Source: the human T2T-CHM13v2.0 reference genome, Homo sapiens
Strand: one strand, 5' to 3'
Assembly (NCBI RefSeq): GCF_009914755.1
Contig: NC_060947.1
Length of the DNA stretch: 64,000 nt
Part shown: positions 1 to 14,520 of the stretch, piece by piece
How the letters are laid out: each line of letters begins with the position of its first letter
How positions within the stretch are numbered: the stretch's first letter is position 1
Notes under the pieces: generated by a model
What the model saw: the letters and a program-made list of their open reading frames with translations, nothing else
What the model was told of the DNA's origin: nothing
Databases searched by the model: none
Position numbers and translations under genes: made by a program

Positions 1-24
1 CAGCTATGTTCACATTAGAGTGAA

Positions 25-190
25 TCCCAACTTCCTCACTTCTTACCTGTGTGAATTGGAAAAGTCACTTAACCTCAGATACTTCATCTCTAAAATAAGA
101 ACACTTATCTATCTCGTGAATTTGTTACAAGGATTGCACAAAAATAATGTCTGGAAAAAATAAGCCCTCAATAATAACAGCTAATGATAA
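25..190 (+). mobile_element. MIR SINE fragment
   Basis: cttacctgtgtgaattggaaaagtcacttaacctc...catctctaaaat core. Confidence 0.6.
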
Positions 191-2442
191 AATCTTCATC
201 ATGAAAATACATATCATCAAAATCATCATCTCTATGCTTAATCTATATAGTAGAAAATGGTGACTGTTGTTAAAATTAAATAAGCTAAATGGGTATAAAA
301 TGCTTAGATTCATGCTTAGCATATATTTTACACTCAATAAATATTCAAACTTATTGCTTATATCTATAAATTTATTACAGTTTCTTACCAACTAATACTG
401 GAATATCAAGTCAGTACAGTGAAGACTGAAAAAACCTTGATTTGTAACTGAACTGACTAGCTGTTTGCACATCAGGCAGTCATGCTCTCACTTTGTCAGC
501 TATGTAAATACTTTAAATGGCCTAAATTACTCTAGCGAATTCAAGCATCTGCTTTAAAATGGAAAACACTTAAAACAATCATAAGGCCTGATTTTCCTAA
601 GTTTCCTAATCATTTTTAAGTACCTAAGATGTGGAGGCCTTGATTTGAATTTGCCAATTTCTGTAAGCTTGCAGAGTTGAGTCTTAGTCATAGGCCTTTC
701 CATCAACCACAACCTCAATGCGTTGTGGAAGATGTAAAATTTTCATCTAGTTTTATAATATAATAGTAAAGTCCCAAACTTTTCTGAGAATATCTAAATG
801 AAGCCTCAAAATTACTCCAAGCCATGTCTTCTTGTGAAAGCAATACACAACCAACTGCATTTAAAACAAAATGATCATATTCAAAAATGATGTCAAAAGT
901 ACATTCAGACAGTGTAAAGTTATGGTACAATCTTTAAAAATATAATCTGCAGTTTTTGCAAGCACCATGAAATATCTTTTATTAAGTGAAATTTTACTGA
1001 CCACATTGCTTTTCTGCCACTCTGCTCTGGGCACACACACCTTCTGAAAACCAAATTTATTTAGAATTGGCTTATGTATAACAGGAAATGATTATCTTTG
1101 CTCACTAATAGAGAAATAGTTAAGCAATTGATCCGTTCATGGAATTATGATAAAATAATTAAAAATATTATCTTGGAGACTTTAGCAGCATGAAAAAATA
1201 ATTGTGTTGCAATGTTCGATGATAAAAACACTATGCAAAGATGTATCTGGGAAATGTTTTAACAATGTAAAATATGCACACATATTGTCAACAGCAGTAA
1301 GGGACACGGAAAAAATGGAAACAACTGATGGGGTAATGGGAATGTAGATACACTTATTCCCATTGATTCTCATTAACAGTTGCTGGGACAATGAAATAAT
1401 GAAGTGGAACCCAATCCTGCAAGGAATTTGAATTTATCAGCTTTTTATTTTTCTAATCACATTTCTGCGTCCTATCTCTAAAGCTTCATTGCCACTGCTG
1501 GGCTTTAGAGATGCTGAATAAGCTTGAAAGACCTGGCTCCTTTGTCCGTCCCCTAGCCAAACTCTCCACACGTTGTGGCTGCACGCTGACGCATGGTTTC
1601 GATTCCCTTCTACAGACCACTGGTTAACGTCTACACAGCTTCACTCACCAGGCATAAGATAACTTCATCCGTATTGGAGCATTCTGGACCATTCCAGAAC
1701 ATTATTTCTTTGCCTCTTAGTATCTCTGCACACATCTCAGCCCTACTTTAATCCCCTGAAAAATGGAGTAATACAGTCTCCATGCTAAGGTATCCATTTC
1801 CCTCAGCTTTTTCTCTCCCCAAAGTCTGGTCTGCAAAAAACCTAACCTCTGCTCAGCCATTCATTCACAATCCCTTTGCCCTTCAAAAATTCCCAGGCCT
1901 CTGTTTCCTGTGACTCCCTTCACATCTCCTTGTAAGTTCCTATGCCTCTGGAATAAATTCTAAGACAAGTTTTGCCAACGATGTGATACAACTTGCATAG
2001 CAATTTCATTGCTTTAGCAGTGCCAACCAGATTATAAGCCTTGGTTATCCTAAAAAACTCAGTGTATCATTAGTACGCACGTCAGCTGCTCTGGAAGTTT
2101 GATAAGACGTACAATTACAAATTTTCATGTCATTATTATTTTGGAAAGACAATGTACTTGCTTACCTTGCTACTGAAAAAAAGCATGCACTTTATATAAA
2201 AGCCATCAGATATTTTTTCAATTAATTCAGTTTCCTTGAAACTATGTCAGAAGAGTAACAAAAATACCCAAAGAAGAGAAAAGCTATGACATAGTCATGT
2301 CTCATATAATTAAGATAAATTTCAAAATGATATGGCACTGCCATTTCACCCCATCAAAAGCTCCTCACAAAATAAAGAGAAACTTTGTGGCCATTATATA
2401 AGTTCAAAACCAAAGTATATTCCTTATTCCATCTATAGTATG

Positions 2443-2773
2443 TGTACTAGACCAATCTTGCATTACTATAAAGAAATACCTGAAACTGGGTAATTTTAAA
2501 AAGTTTAATTGGCTCACATTTATACTTGGAGGAAGACAAAGTGGGATCAGGCATCTCATGCAGCAGAGCGGAAGCAAGAGGGGAATGGGAGTTACCACAC
2601 ACTTTCAAATGACCAGATCTCAAGAGAACTCATTCATTATTGCAAGAACAGCACCAAGCCATGAGGGAATCTGCCCTCATGACCCAAACACCTACCACCA
2701 GGACTCACTTCCACCACTAGGGATTACATGTCAACATGAGATTTGGGTGGGGACAAATATCCAAACCATATCA
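2443..2773 (-). mobile_element. MaLR solo LTR (MST family)
   Basis: tgtactag...ataaagaaatacctgaaactgggtaattt...ccaaaccatatca. Near-TSD gtatg/atatg. Confidence 0.85.
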
Positions 2774-2794
2774 ATATGGCGGTAAAAAAGTAAA

Positions 2795-2992
2795 AGCTCT
2801 GGATTCCACCCGGGTTCAAACAGCTTCACCAGGACAAGCTTCTTCCCTTTTCTCAACTTCACCTTTCTTACCTGTGAAATGGAAAGAGTGATATGACAGA
2901 CTTCATAAGGTTGTAGTGAAGATTAAATGAGATAATATGAAGTGCTTAGAATGGTGCCTAGACTACAGTAGGTTCCCAATAAATGCTAGTAT
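2795..2992 (+). mobile_element. MIR SINE
   Basis: ctgtgaaatgg...aggttgtagtgaagattaaatgagataat...caataaatg. Confidence 0.75.
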
Positions 2993-3830
2993 TAACACTT
3001 CACACCATTGCTGAAATACATCAAAGCAACTACAGTTATCAAGACTGATACTGCCACTTAATCCTAAATGGATTGAATTTATCTTTCAAGAGTCAACATA
3101 CTGAAAATAAGACAGTTAATAATTAAAATGTAGAAAAAAAAAAAGAAGTTAAACTTGTGGTAGAAAAAAGAATTGATGACACCAGGCATGTGAAATAAAA
3201 TAGTTACAACAAATTAAACAGATGTTAGTTTTAGTTTTATAGGTAAGGAAGGTATAAATAATTTTGCATTGTTTTTTACAGTCTATACAGTCAGATTAAA
3301 CAACACATATAGTCTTACCCTTCAGAAGCTAAATTTTACAGAAATAATGAAGAATGTATGATATTGAGTCATACTTTAAAAACATCTTCAATGTGGTACT
3401 TGCGATAAACACGTATATCCTGTTCAAATAGGCAAGTATTGTATCTAGGCCATCTGGATTGGAAAACCTATAATGCAGTAAATCCATTTTAGGCACTCTT
3501 TTTTCTGTTTATCTTTCTAACTACTGAGAAAGCATTAAGAGGAATATTCCAACTTTTTGTTTGGTCTTACTTTGGGTCAGTGATTTTGAAACTCATAATA
3601 AATATAAAGGGGAAGTAATTTTTTCATCAGCATGTAGAATATTCATTTATAGAGCAGCTGTAAAAAATGAAAGACATATGATTAAATAGTCATCAGAACT
3701 ATCATAAGTATCTTACCTTCCTATTATCCCAGAAGCTGCACTCTGAAATTATATTTATCTGGAAATGAATATTTGACCAAATGTCTTCGTCTTTGAAAAT
3801 TGAAAGAAAGAGCTTATAGGAAAAAGAAAG

Positions 3831-4379
3831 AGTGGCAGATTGTATTTTCCAAAGACAGCAACACCAATATACGTATTTCATACTGCATGCCCTTTTTACA
3901 GTGTGAATGATACTCCCCCTTTTCCTTGTATTTGAGTGGGAGCTTGTGACTGCCCCCCAAAATAGACTATGGCAGGAATGATGCTATAATTTCTAACACT
4001 AGGTATAATATGCATGAAGCTTCTACTTGGCTTTTTCTCTGGAAGCATGTACCCTTGGAACACAGCCAGAACATTGTAAGGAATCCTGGGCTACATGAAG
4101 AAATCAAATGTAAGAATTGTGGTAACAACCCTGCTAAGGTGTAAGCCTACATACAGCATCAATTGTCCAAACATATGAGTGAGCAAGCTTTCAGATGATT
4201 CCACTTTTGAGCTGTTTGAACCTTCCAGCTGAGGCCCCAAAAGTCATTCAGCAGAGACAAGCTGTACCCACTGTGCTCTGCCTGAATACCTGAAGCAGAT
4301 AATGTTAACATCATAAACAACTGTTTTTCCACTACTCTGTTTTGCAGTAATTTGTTATACATACATAGTAAATAAAACA
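3831..4379 (+). mobile_element. MLT1-type MaLR solo LTR
   Basis: gtggcagattgtattttccaaaga start and ttgcagtaatttgttatac...taaaaca end. Confidence 0.7.
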
Positions 4380-4907
4380 GAAATTTAAAGTAGCTTGTAG
4401 TGAAGAACTCTTCAATTCCTTGATTGTCCTCTTTTAGGTATAAGCTGCCTTTTGGGAGATGTTTTTTTAAATCAATAACACACAAGCTGGCTGTAGATTG
4501 GCTGAGGATACTGACAATTGGCCTTCTAGACTCACGGGAAGACGACTTTCCAGTGGGGCAAATCTGTGAAATTAACAGGCAAACAAAGCCCCACAAATAT
4601 AAAATTAAGTTCAGATTCTCCTCCAAATAATGATCTGAAGGCCCATTACCATGATCATTCCCAAAGTGGTATTATACAGATTTTTTTCTATTAAGGACAA
4701 AATAGTTGAAAATAGGTTTGGGGAACACTGTTACTTCATAATATAAGAATGTTTGTCTTGTCCTCAACATAGTCTCTCTCCATAACCCCTCATACAATCC
4801 TGGGCCTATGATAGGCTTACTTTCTTTCCCTGCCTCCATAATGAGTTTAAATCACCTTGTACTTATGTATAAATTTGGCCAGTAACCAAAACTGGTGCAC
4901 CTCTGCT

Positions 4908-5311
4908 ATGGCATGCCACCCAGATTCCCGTTTCAGGATCAATATACGTATTTTCTCTGACTGCTAGACTGCTAGCTACTGACAGCCCAGAACTGAGTCC
5001 CTCCATGTAAATTACCCTTCCCTTTCCAAGGTCACACCTCCTCCATGAGGGCAGCCCAAATATAGTGACTGTTTCATGTGTGAATGCAAGTTCATTGCCT
5101 CATTTGAAGATACCTCAAAGGTATCTTCCCAGCTCAAGGGCTTTCTATGATCTCAGCTGCAGGATCCACTTCTACTGCACGGCAGTTTAACATCACCCTC
5201 TGCCCAGCCCTGCTTCTCTGTCTTCCTTAAAAGTGTCATTCCAAAGTAGACCTCCTCCTCCACATAAATCTTTGTCTTAGGATATGTCTCCTGCGAGACC
5301 AGCCTTCAAGA
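4908..5311 (+). mobile_element. Old ERVL-type LTR (LTR16/LTR33-like)
   Basis: atggcatgccacccagattccc start and aaatctttgtcttagg...cctg end resemble that group. Highly diverged. Confidence 0.45.
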
Positions 5312-5677
5312 AATCTTAGTAGAATATGTAGCGATGGTCAAAGGTCATAGCAAAACGAGTAAAGCCTTGATTGTGGAATTGCAGGAATTAACCAGCAAAT
5401 GAAATAGTATTGAAGGTGAATATTGGGAAAGGTCATCTTAGCACAGACTCAGATTGTTTGTTTTTGTTTCTCTTGATTGGGACTTCTTGGAGTCCTGTAC
5501 TGAGAAGGATTATGAGGCCAAGTCAGTGATTGGAAGAGGAAATATTCTACAATCAGCCAATTATTGTCTGTCTTGGATAAGAGATGGGGTGAGAAAGAAC
5601 TAATGTCAGGCAATTATTAGTTTAATAGTAATTATTCAATAAGTGTTATTCTGAAAATGAATATTTTTGTTGTCTCA

Positions 5678-7505
5678 TTTTTTTAATTGAGGAAAAATTC
5701 ACATGACGTACAATGAACTACAAATTTTGTTAAAGTACACATTCAGTAGAATTAAGTATATTTCCGATGTTCATCCATGACTTCTATCTAGTTCCAAGAC
5801 ATTTCATCACCCCAAAAGGAAACTATAGAAATTAAGCAGCCACTCTGCATTCCCTTTTGCCCTTTTCCCCCAACTCCTGGAAACCACTAATCTGCTTTTG
5901 CTTTTATGAAATTAGCTTTTTTGGATTGTTATGTTTTCTTGGAGAATTGGCCACTTTATCACTATATCATAATACCCCTCTTTATTCCTGATAATTTCCC
6001 TTACTGTAAAGTCCACTTTGTTTGTAATTAATATAGCAGCTCCAGCTTTCTTTTGATAGTGTTAGCATGGCATATCTTTCTCTGCCCCTTTACTTTTAAT
6101 TTGTATATATTTTTGTATTGAAAGTGGTTTTATAGTAGACAACACATAATTGGGTCTTGTTTTTAATCTGATAGTCTTTGTCTTTAATTGGTGTATTTAG
6201 ACGATTGACATTTAAAGTGAGTATTGACATAGTTGGAATAATACTTAACAGTTATGTTACTTTTTTCTTCATTGCCCTTATTATTTGTTTCTCTTTTTGT
6301 TTTCTACTATTTTTTGCTTCCTGTGGTTTTCGTTGAGCATAGTTCTATTTTGTCTCATCGCTTAGCCTATTAATTACAGTTGACTCATGAACAACACAGG
6401 TTTGAACTGCTTGGGTCCACTTATACCCAGATATTTTTTAATAAATATAGTAGGTTCTCCATATCAACAGCTACTGCATCTGCAATCAAATGTAGAATGA
6501 AAATACAGGACACAAAATCTCTGTATATAGACGACCAACATTTTGTATCTGCAGGTTCCACAGGGCTGACTACATGACTTGAGTACGTGTGAATTTTTGT
6601 ATCCGTGGGGTTCTTGGAACAAATTCCTTCAATTATTGTTTGTCTGAGAAAGTCTATTTCTCCTTCACTTTTGAAGGATAATTTTACAGGATACAATATT
6701 GAGATTGGTGTTTATTCTCCCTCAGCACAAAATATTTCACTTCACTCTTTTCTTGCTTTCATGGTCTCTGAGGAGAGGTCCCAAGTAATTCTTATTTTTT
6801 CTCTGCTACAGGGAGGCTGCTCCCCTTTCCCTCTGGTTTCTTTGAAGATTTTTTTTCATCATGTTGATATTCTGCACAATATGATAACCTTAAATGGAGA
6901 GTTTTGGGGAGCATTTATCCTCCTTGGTGTTTTGTGAGCTTCCTGGATCAGTGGTTTGGTTTCTGACATTAATTTGAGAAAAATTCTCAGTAATTATTTC
7001 TTCAAATATTCATTTTCTTCCCTTTTCTCTTTCTTTTCCTTCTGCTATTCCCAATATCCATATGCTACACATTTTGTAGCATCCCACAGTTATTGGATTT
7101 TCTGTTCTGGCTTTTGCTTACCTTTTTTTTTCTTTGTTTTTCAATTTCGAAAGCTTATATTGATATAACCTCAAGCTTACTGATTCATTCCTTAGCCAAG
7201 TGCAGTCTACTAATGAGCCCATTAAAAAGCATTCTTTATTTCCATTACATTGTTTTCAGTCTCTAACATTTATTTTTTATTCCTTCTTAGAATTTCTACT
7301 TCTGTGCTTTACATTACCCACTTGTTCTTGCAAGTTGTCTATTTTCAGTTAGAATTCTTAGTATTAATCATAGTTATTTTAAGTTGATGGTCTGATAAAT
7401 CTAGCATTTTTGTCATATCTGATTCTGGTTCTGATTTTTGCTTTGTCTCTTCTTGCACTTTTTGCCTTTTAGTGTGTGTTGCGATTTTTCTTATAAGCTG
7501 GCCAT
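5678..7505 (-). mobile_element. Old L1M fragments, interrupted by MER8
   Basis: T-rich antisense L1 sequence. The minus-strand ORF at 6421-6696 begins with the ORF1 motif YPVKLSFKSEGEI. Confidence 0.75.
6377..6627 (+). mobile_element. MER8 (Tigger2-derived non-autonomous DNA transposon)
   Basis: TA|cagttgactcatgaacaacacaggtttgaactgcttgggtccacttatac terminus. The right end is truncated. Confidence 0.8.
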
Positions 7506-7509
7506 GATG

Positions 7510-8110
7510 CAGAATACAACATCAACATACAAAAATCAGTAGCATTTTATATATACCAACAGTGAACAATCTAAAAAAAAAAGAAAAAAGAAGAAAGCAA
7601 TCCCATTAATAATAGCTACCATATATATAAAATGTCTTTTATATTTAACCAAAGAAGTGAGAAGATCTATACAAGCAATACTATAAAACACTAATAAAAT
7701 TAAAGAGGACACCAAAAAATGGAAATATAATCCCTGTTCATGGATTGGAAAATGACTACTGTTAAAATGACATTACTAGCAAAAGCGGTTTACAGATTCA
7801 ATGTAATTCTTATCCAAATAACAATGACATTCTTCACAGAAAAAGAAAACAAAATCCTAAAATTTATATGAAGTCACAAAAATTACAGATTCAGTGTAAT
7901 TCTTATCCAAATAACAATGACATTCTTCACAGAAAAAGAAAACAAAATCCTAAAATTTATATGAAGTCACAAAAATCCCTGAATAGACAAAGTAATATTG
8001 ACCAAAAAGAAAAAAAAGCAGGAGCCATCACACTGCCTGACTTCAAAATTTATTACAAAGGTATAGTAACCAAATCAGCATAGTACTGGCATTAAAAACA
8101 GATACACACA
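7510..8110 (+). mobile_element. L1 ORF2 fragment containing a 93-bp tandem duplication
   Basis: AGAITLPDFKIYYKGIVTKSA ORF2 motif. Duplication at 7790-7882 / 7883-7975. Confidence 0.85.
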
Positions 8111-8149
8111 CACATATAAAATTCTTCATGATTTGACACTTTCATCAAT

Positions 8150-10057
8150 ATTTAATTCCCTATAACTATTTCTGTCTTGAAGTCTATTTTGTCTAATATT
8201 AGTATAAGAACCCAAAACTGTCTATTGGTTACTGTTTGCATGAGATATATTTTTCTACCCTTTGTATTTCAACTTATTTGTGTCTTCAAATCTAAGTTAA
8301 ATCTTTTGTAAACAGCATATACTTGGATCGTTTTTAAAAATTCATTCTGCCAGTCTCGGCCTTTTAAATCAAGAGGTTAATCCATTTACATGTAATGCAA
8401 TCATTGATAAGAAAGGTCTTACGTTTGCCATTTTGCTAATTGTTTTCTATGTCTTTTTATGATTGATTTTGTCCTAGCGTAGCATGTTTATTCCTTTCTT
8501 TTTTATTCTTTGACATAATATTTTAGTTTTTCTTCTTTAGTGGTTACCATAAGGATTACAATTAACATTTTAATTTTATAATAAAGGTGAATTATACCAA
8601 TGTACTTGCCATAGTATGCAAAAATTTCAGCTCCTATGCGGCTCCATCCCCCCTTATGTTCTTATGGTCATGAATTATATCTTTATATTGTGTGCTCATT
8701 AGCTTAGGTTTATAATTATTTTATGCATTTGTCTTTTAAATCATATAAAAAGGAAGATGAGATGAGTTACCAACTGACTACACAATACTGCTAACTTTTG
8801 TATTTACATACATAGTTAACCTTTATCATTGCCTGTTTTTTATTTATTCATATGGCTTTTACTTATGGTCTAGTGACTTTTGATTTCAGTCTGGAAGACT
8901 CTTTTTCACATTTTTTTTATAGGGTAGGCCTACAAGTAATGAACCCCCTTAGGTTTTGTTTATCTGGAAATACATTTATTTCTATTTCATTTTTGAATGA
9001 TGATTTGGACCCATATGGAATTCTTCATTGACAAATTACTTTTTCTCTCAGCACTTTAAACATATCATCCTAATACCTTCTGAATCCTGTGGTTTCTGAA
9101 AAGAAATCAGATAGTAATCTTATTGAACATCTCTTGGACTTGACAAGTTGCTCTTTTTTTTGCTGTTTCAAAGATTCTCTCCTTGCTATTGGCTTTGGAC
9201 AATTTGACTATAATTTTTCTCATTGTGGATATCTTTGAGTTCATCCTGCTTCAAGTTTATTAAGCTTCTTGGAATTAGAGATTCATGTCTTTCATCAAAT
9301 TCAAGGATAGTCAAATATTTTTTTCTGTTTTTTTTCTTTCTCTTCTTCTGAAATTTTCATTATGCAATATGTTTGATAGAGTTCCATGGGTCTCTTAGGC
9401 TCTCTTTATGTTTTCATTATTTTCTTTTGCTTATTCTCAGTCTGAATATTCACAATTAATATAATTTCAAGTTCACTGACTTCTTTTTCTTCTGCCTGCT
9501 TATATCTGCTGTTGAACCCCTCTAGTAAATTTTTATTTCAGTTTTTGTACTTTTTACCTCCAGAATTAATATTGAGTTGATTTTTGTAATTTGTATCTCT
9601 TTACTAATGTATATTTTGAGACACTTTTCTCCTAGTTTCTTGAAGTTTCTTATGTGTTTTAAATGTAACAATTGGAGCATATTTAAGACAGTTGATGTAA
9701 AATCTTTGTCTAAAAGTCAAATATCTGAACTTCCTCACAAGCAGTTTGTATTTTCCTTCTTTGTGAAAGAACCATGCTTTCTTATTAGTTTTCAATGTCT
9801 CATGATTTTTGTTGAAAACTAGACATTTTTAATATTATAACGTGTCAACTATGACAGTGATTCTTCTCCATCTATGGGGTTTATAGGACCTGTTTCAAAT
9901 TATTATTGTTTGCTTGTCCACTAACTTTTCTAAACTCTTTTTATAAAGTGTGACCTTTTTAATGTGTGGCCACTCAACTCTGTGTTCTGTTAGCTTAGTG
10001 GTCAGCTTTGACAGTTTTGACATTGTTCCCTTAAGTGCCTGGGGCCAACAGAACATA

Positions 10058-10097
<40 letters not shown>

Positions 10098-10900
10098 CTC
10101 TCTCAGTCTTTGCAAATTGGCTTTTTATTGTGCCATTCTTTCAGCAATTTCCCAAGGTGTTTACAACTCTACCTTAGAGTTCACTTCTGACTTGTGCAGA
10201 GACTGGAGCTAGCCAAAGGTAAATGCATAGGGTCTTCTCAGGCATTTTTGAGCATTTGTCTCACCTTTGGCATGAATGTAGCTTTCTCCTTTATTCAATA
10301 GACGTGGAAGCTTTAAAAGCCCTTTATTCTCACATGCATCTCCTTTCTCATCTCTTCCCTCCCAGAAGTTTGGTCTGTCTATGCTTATACCTAGTGTTGT
10401 CACTTTTCCTAGGCTTCAAGAATCAGTACGCTTTTAACTGCTTTTAGGAAAAGCCACTCAGTAAGCTGTCTCAGCTCTGGAAATGGTCAAAGTTAGACAA
10501 AATAAAAGAAAACCATCATGCAAGTCTTTACAGACACTTCCAGACAGCCTGCAACTGACAACCACATTGTTTGAGAACAAAATCTCTATTGCTTCCTCTG
10601 GCACCAGCAATCTGCCCCAGGAGTGAAGTGCACATTGCTGTTCTTACTACTACTGCAAACCTGTAGTGTGTGTGATGGTAGACAGCCAATTTAAAATACC
10701 ATAGCACTTTCTCACTACAAAGCAGCAGCTTCTTTCTTCACCAAATTTCCCCCTGCTTGTTGGAATTTTTAACTGGATTCCATAGTTCAATACGATTGAT
10801 TCTGATTTAAGTTTTTGCCAGTTATTGGTTGCTTTTTAGGGTGAGGGGATGAGAAATGGTGCTCATAATTTGCCTACTCGGCAATCTTTCCTGATGTCAC
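8150..10900 (-). mobile_element. Old L1M (start of ORF2, ORF1 and 5' region)
   Basis: Antisense L1 motifs such as ttgaagtctattttgtctaatattagtata and ggtttctgaaaagaaatcag. Boundaries approximate. Confidence 0.7.
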
Positions 10901-12257
10901 TTCGTCTTTATCTGGAGGTGCATAATGTCATGGCTATTTTTTCTTTCCTTTTTGATTTTCTGGATGAGTAGCTCTAGCTGGTATTAAACTCTTCATTATG
11001 TGAGAAAGATGACTAGGAAAAGGGAGCATCTACTCTCTAGGCATGAATACATTTGGGGGTCTGTAAATCTGTAGTAGTCATACAGCCACTTTGCAGGTAC
11101 ACCTGATTCTTTCAGCTATAACTTCGTAAGATGTCCTTTGCCCACGATAATTTTTTAATGAGAAACGAAACAATTCCCATTCTTTTTTGCACAATTGACA
11201 TGCAAGAAGGAATTTTCTAGCCATTGCTTCCATTAGCAATTAAGAAATGGAGAAGAATTTTTTTTATTTCATTTAATCCTCAGAGGGAAAAACAATTAGA
11301 ACTAGTAGCCTAATTTATACAGATAAGAAAATCAGCTCTCAGATATTTGCTCAAAGATGTGATCCCAAGTGTGCCAGACTCAATAGGTTTAGTTGGTAAA
11401 TATGGTACTACGATATACTATGTGAAACATATCTTTACTTAAATAGAGAATATTACTGAAAAGAAAGAAACTGAAGGGAGAAGAAAACGTTTAGATTTTT
11501 CAGCATCTTTTCCTGTGTAGGGTTTGAGATCCAAAGGCTAAATATCCTCTACATCTATTTTGATCTTCCTTGTGTTTGCAGTTAAGTTTATGTAGAAGTA
11601 ATACATTGGGGCCCTAAAATGTTATCACAGGTCATTAGGAACAGACAATTAAAATTTAATACCATTATTATTGATATAAATTTTAAAAAATACTTGATTT
11701 AATACTAGCTCTTCAAGTGTTGAGTGCTGACTGAATTAACCATCTTGTTTTTCCTAAAAAACTTAAAAGAAAGCTTTCATTTTCCCAAACACCAATAAAA
11801 AAGCATTTGTTTTTCCAACTAAACACCAAATAACAAACAAAACACCAAAAAGTATATAGGAAATAAATAATATTCCTTAAATTTAAAAATATCTTTTTCA
11901 GAGAAATGATCAAAAGCAAATTAATCCCACATATGAGAGCATGCAGACTAGAAGACATACAACCCTTATGATGACTAAAGCTTCCCCTGTGTTCTATGTC
12001 ATAAGTTGGAGAGCATGCCACAAGTTGACCCAGGTGCACATTGTTAATTTACAGAACTAGTGCTATATTAGTTTATAGTCATGTCTATCTGTTTGTGGTA
12101 ACTGTTCTCAACCCAGCTGCTACATTCTACAATAGAATTTTTCAAATGCATTTTCATTCTTCTAAGCAATATCAGAAATGCATTAGTTAAAGTGTTGTTA
12201 GATGTCAGTGCAGTAAAAGGTAAATTGCTGCAATGCAGGCCCTAAAACTAAAGTATT

Positions 12258-14520
12258 TGTATTAGTCTGTTCTCACACTGCTATAAAGTAATACCCAAGA
12301 CTGGGTAATTTATAAACAAAGGAGGTTTAATTGACTCACAGTTCCATATGGCTGGGGAGGGCTCAGACAACTTAACAATCATGGATGAAGGTGAAAGGGA
12401 ATCAAGGACATTCTTCACATGGTAGCAGGAGAGAGATGAATCAGAAAAGGGGGAAGAGACCCTTATAAAATTACCAGATCTCATGAGAACTTACTCACTA
12501 TCACCAGAATAGCATGAGGAACCACCCCCAAGATTCGATCACCTCCCACCAGGTCTCTCCCTTAACATGTGGGAATTACAATTTCGATTACAATTCAACA
12601 CAAGATTTTGGTGATTATGCAGAGCCGGATCATATTATTCTGCCCTAGCCCCTCCCATATCTCATCCTGCTCACATTTCAAAACACAATTATCTCTTCCC
12701 AATACCCCCACAAAGTCTTAACTTATTTCAGCATTAATCCAAAAGTCCAAGTCCATAGTCTCATCTGAGATGAAGCAAGTCTCTTCCACCTATAAACTTG
12801 TAAAATCAAAAGCAAGTTAGTTACTTCCAAGATATAATGAGGGTGCAGGCATTGGATAAATGCACCTGTTCAAAATGGGACAAATTGGTCAAAACAAAGG
12901 GGCTACAGCCCCATGCAAGTCCAAAATCCAGCGAGGCAGTCATTAAATCTTAAAGCTCTGAAATGATCTCCTTAGTCCATGTCTCATATCCTGGGCAAGC
13001 TGATGCAAGAGGTGGGCTCCCACAGTCTTGGGCAGCTCCATTCATGTGGCTTTGCAGGGTACAGCCCCCTCCCAGCAGCTTTCATAGGTTGGTATTGAGT
13101 GCCTGCAGCTTTTCCAGGCACAAGGTGCAAGCTGTTGATGGATCCACCATTCTGAAGTCTGGAAGATGATGGCCTTCTTCTCACAGCTCCACTAGGAAGT
13201 GCCCCAATGGGGAATCTGTGTGGGGGCTCCAACCCCACTTTTCTTTTCTGTACTTCCCTAGCAGAGGTTCTCCATGAGGGCTCCACCCCTGCAGCAGACT
13301 TCTGCCTGGACATCCAGGAGTTTCCATACATCTTCTGAAATCAAGGTAGACGTTCCCAAGCCTCAATTGTTGACTTCTGTGCACTGGAAGGACCAACACC
13401 ACATGGAAGCTGCCAAGGCTTGGGACTTGCATCCTCTGAAGCAACAGCCTGAGCTGTATATTGGCCCCTTTTTGTCACAGCTAGAATGCAAGGCCCCAAG
13501 TCCTGAGAGTGCACCAAGCAGCAAGGCCCTGGGCCCGGCCCAGGAAACCATTTTTTTTTCTCCTAGGCTTCCAGCCCTTTGATGGGAGGGGCTACCATGA
13601 AAACCTCTGACATGCCGTGGAGATCTTTTCCCCACTTTCTTGGAGATTAAAGTTCAGCTCCTTGTTATTTATGCAAATTTTTGCAGCTGGCTTGAATTTC
13701 TCCCCAGAAAATGGGTTTTTCTTTTCTATTGCATCATCTGGCTGCTAATTTTCAAACTTTTATTCTCTGCTTCCCTTTTAAACTTAAGTTCCAATGTCAC
13801 ATTATCTGCCTCAAGTTCAAAGTTCCACAGGTCTCTAGGGCAGGGGCACAATGTTGCCAGTGTCTTTGCTAAAGCATAGCAAGACTGACCTTTGCTCCAG
13901 TTCCCAATAAGTTTTTCATCTGTATCTGAGACCACCTCAGCCTGGACTTCATTATCCATGTCACTATCAGTATTTTGGTCAAAACAATTCAACAGGTGTC
14001 TAGGAAGTTCCAAACTTTTCCACATCTTCCTGTCTTCTGAGTCCTTCAAACTATTCCAACCTCTGCCTGTTCCAAAGTCACTTCCACATTTTTGGGTATC
14101 TTTATAGCAGTGCCTCACTCTCTGCAGTACCAATTTACTGTATTAGTTCATTCTCACACTGCTATAAAGAAACACCGGAAACTGGGTAATTTGTAAAGAA
14201 AGGATGTCTAATTGACTCACAATTCCACATGGCTGGGGAGTCTTAAGGAAACTTAACAATTACGGCAGAAGGTGAAGAGGAAGCAATGACATTCTTCACA
14301 TGGTTGCAGGAGAGAGAAGAATGAGGAAAGAGGGAAGAGTCCCTTATAAAACTATCAGATCTTGTGAGAACTCACTCGCTATCGCCAGAACAACATGGGG
14401 AAATGTCCCCCCATGATCCAATTAACTCCCATGAGGTCCCTCTCCCATCATGTGGGTATTACAATTTGGATTACAATTCAAGATGAGATGTGGGTGGGAA
14501 CACAGAACCAAACCATGTTA
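12258..14520 (-). mobile_element. Full-length THE1 MaLR element (LTRs 12258-12637 and 14139-14520, plus internal region)
   Basis: Two ~380-bp similar LTRs (tgtattagt...catatta / catgtta) flank typical MaLR internal sequence. Confidence 0.9.

Noticed and set aside
4159-4626. 155-aa minus-strand ORF
   Set aside because: Half of it lies in an MLT1 LTR, it has no recognisable domain, and it uses a non-ATG start.
12963-14133. Cluster of overlapping 70-135-aa ORFs (similar cluster at 60057-61337)
   Set aside because: Typical spurious frames of MaLR internal sequence, similar in both elements.
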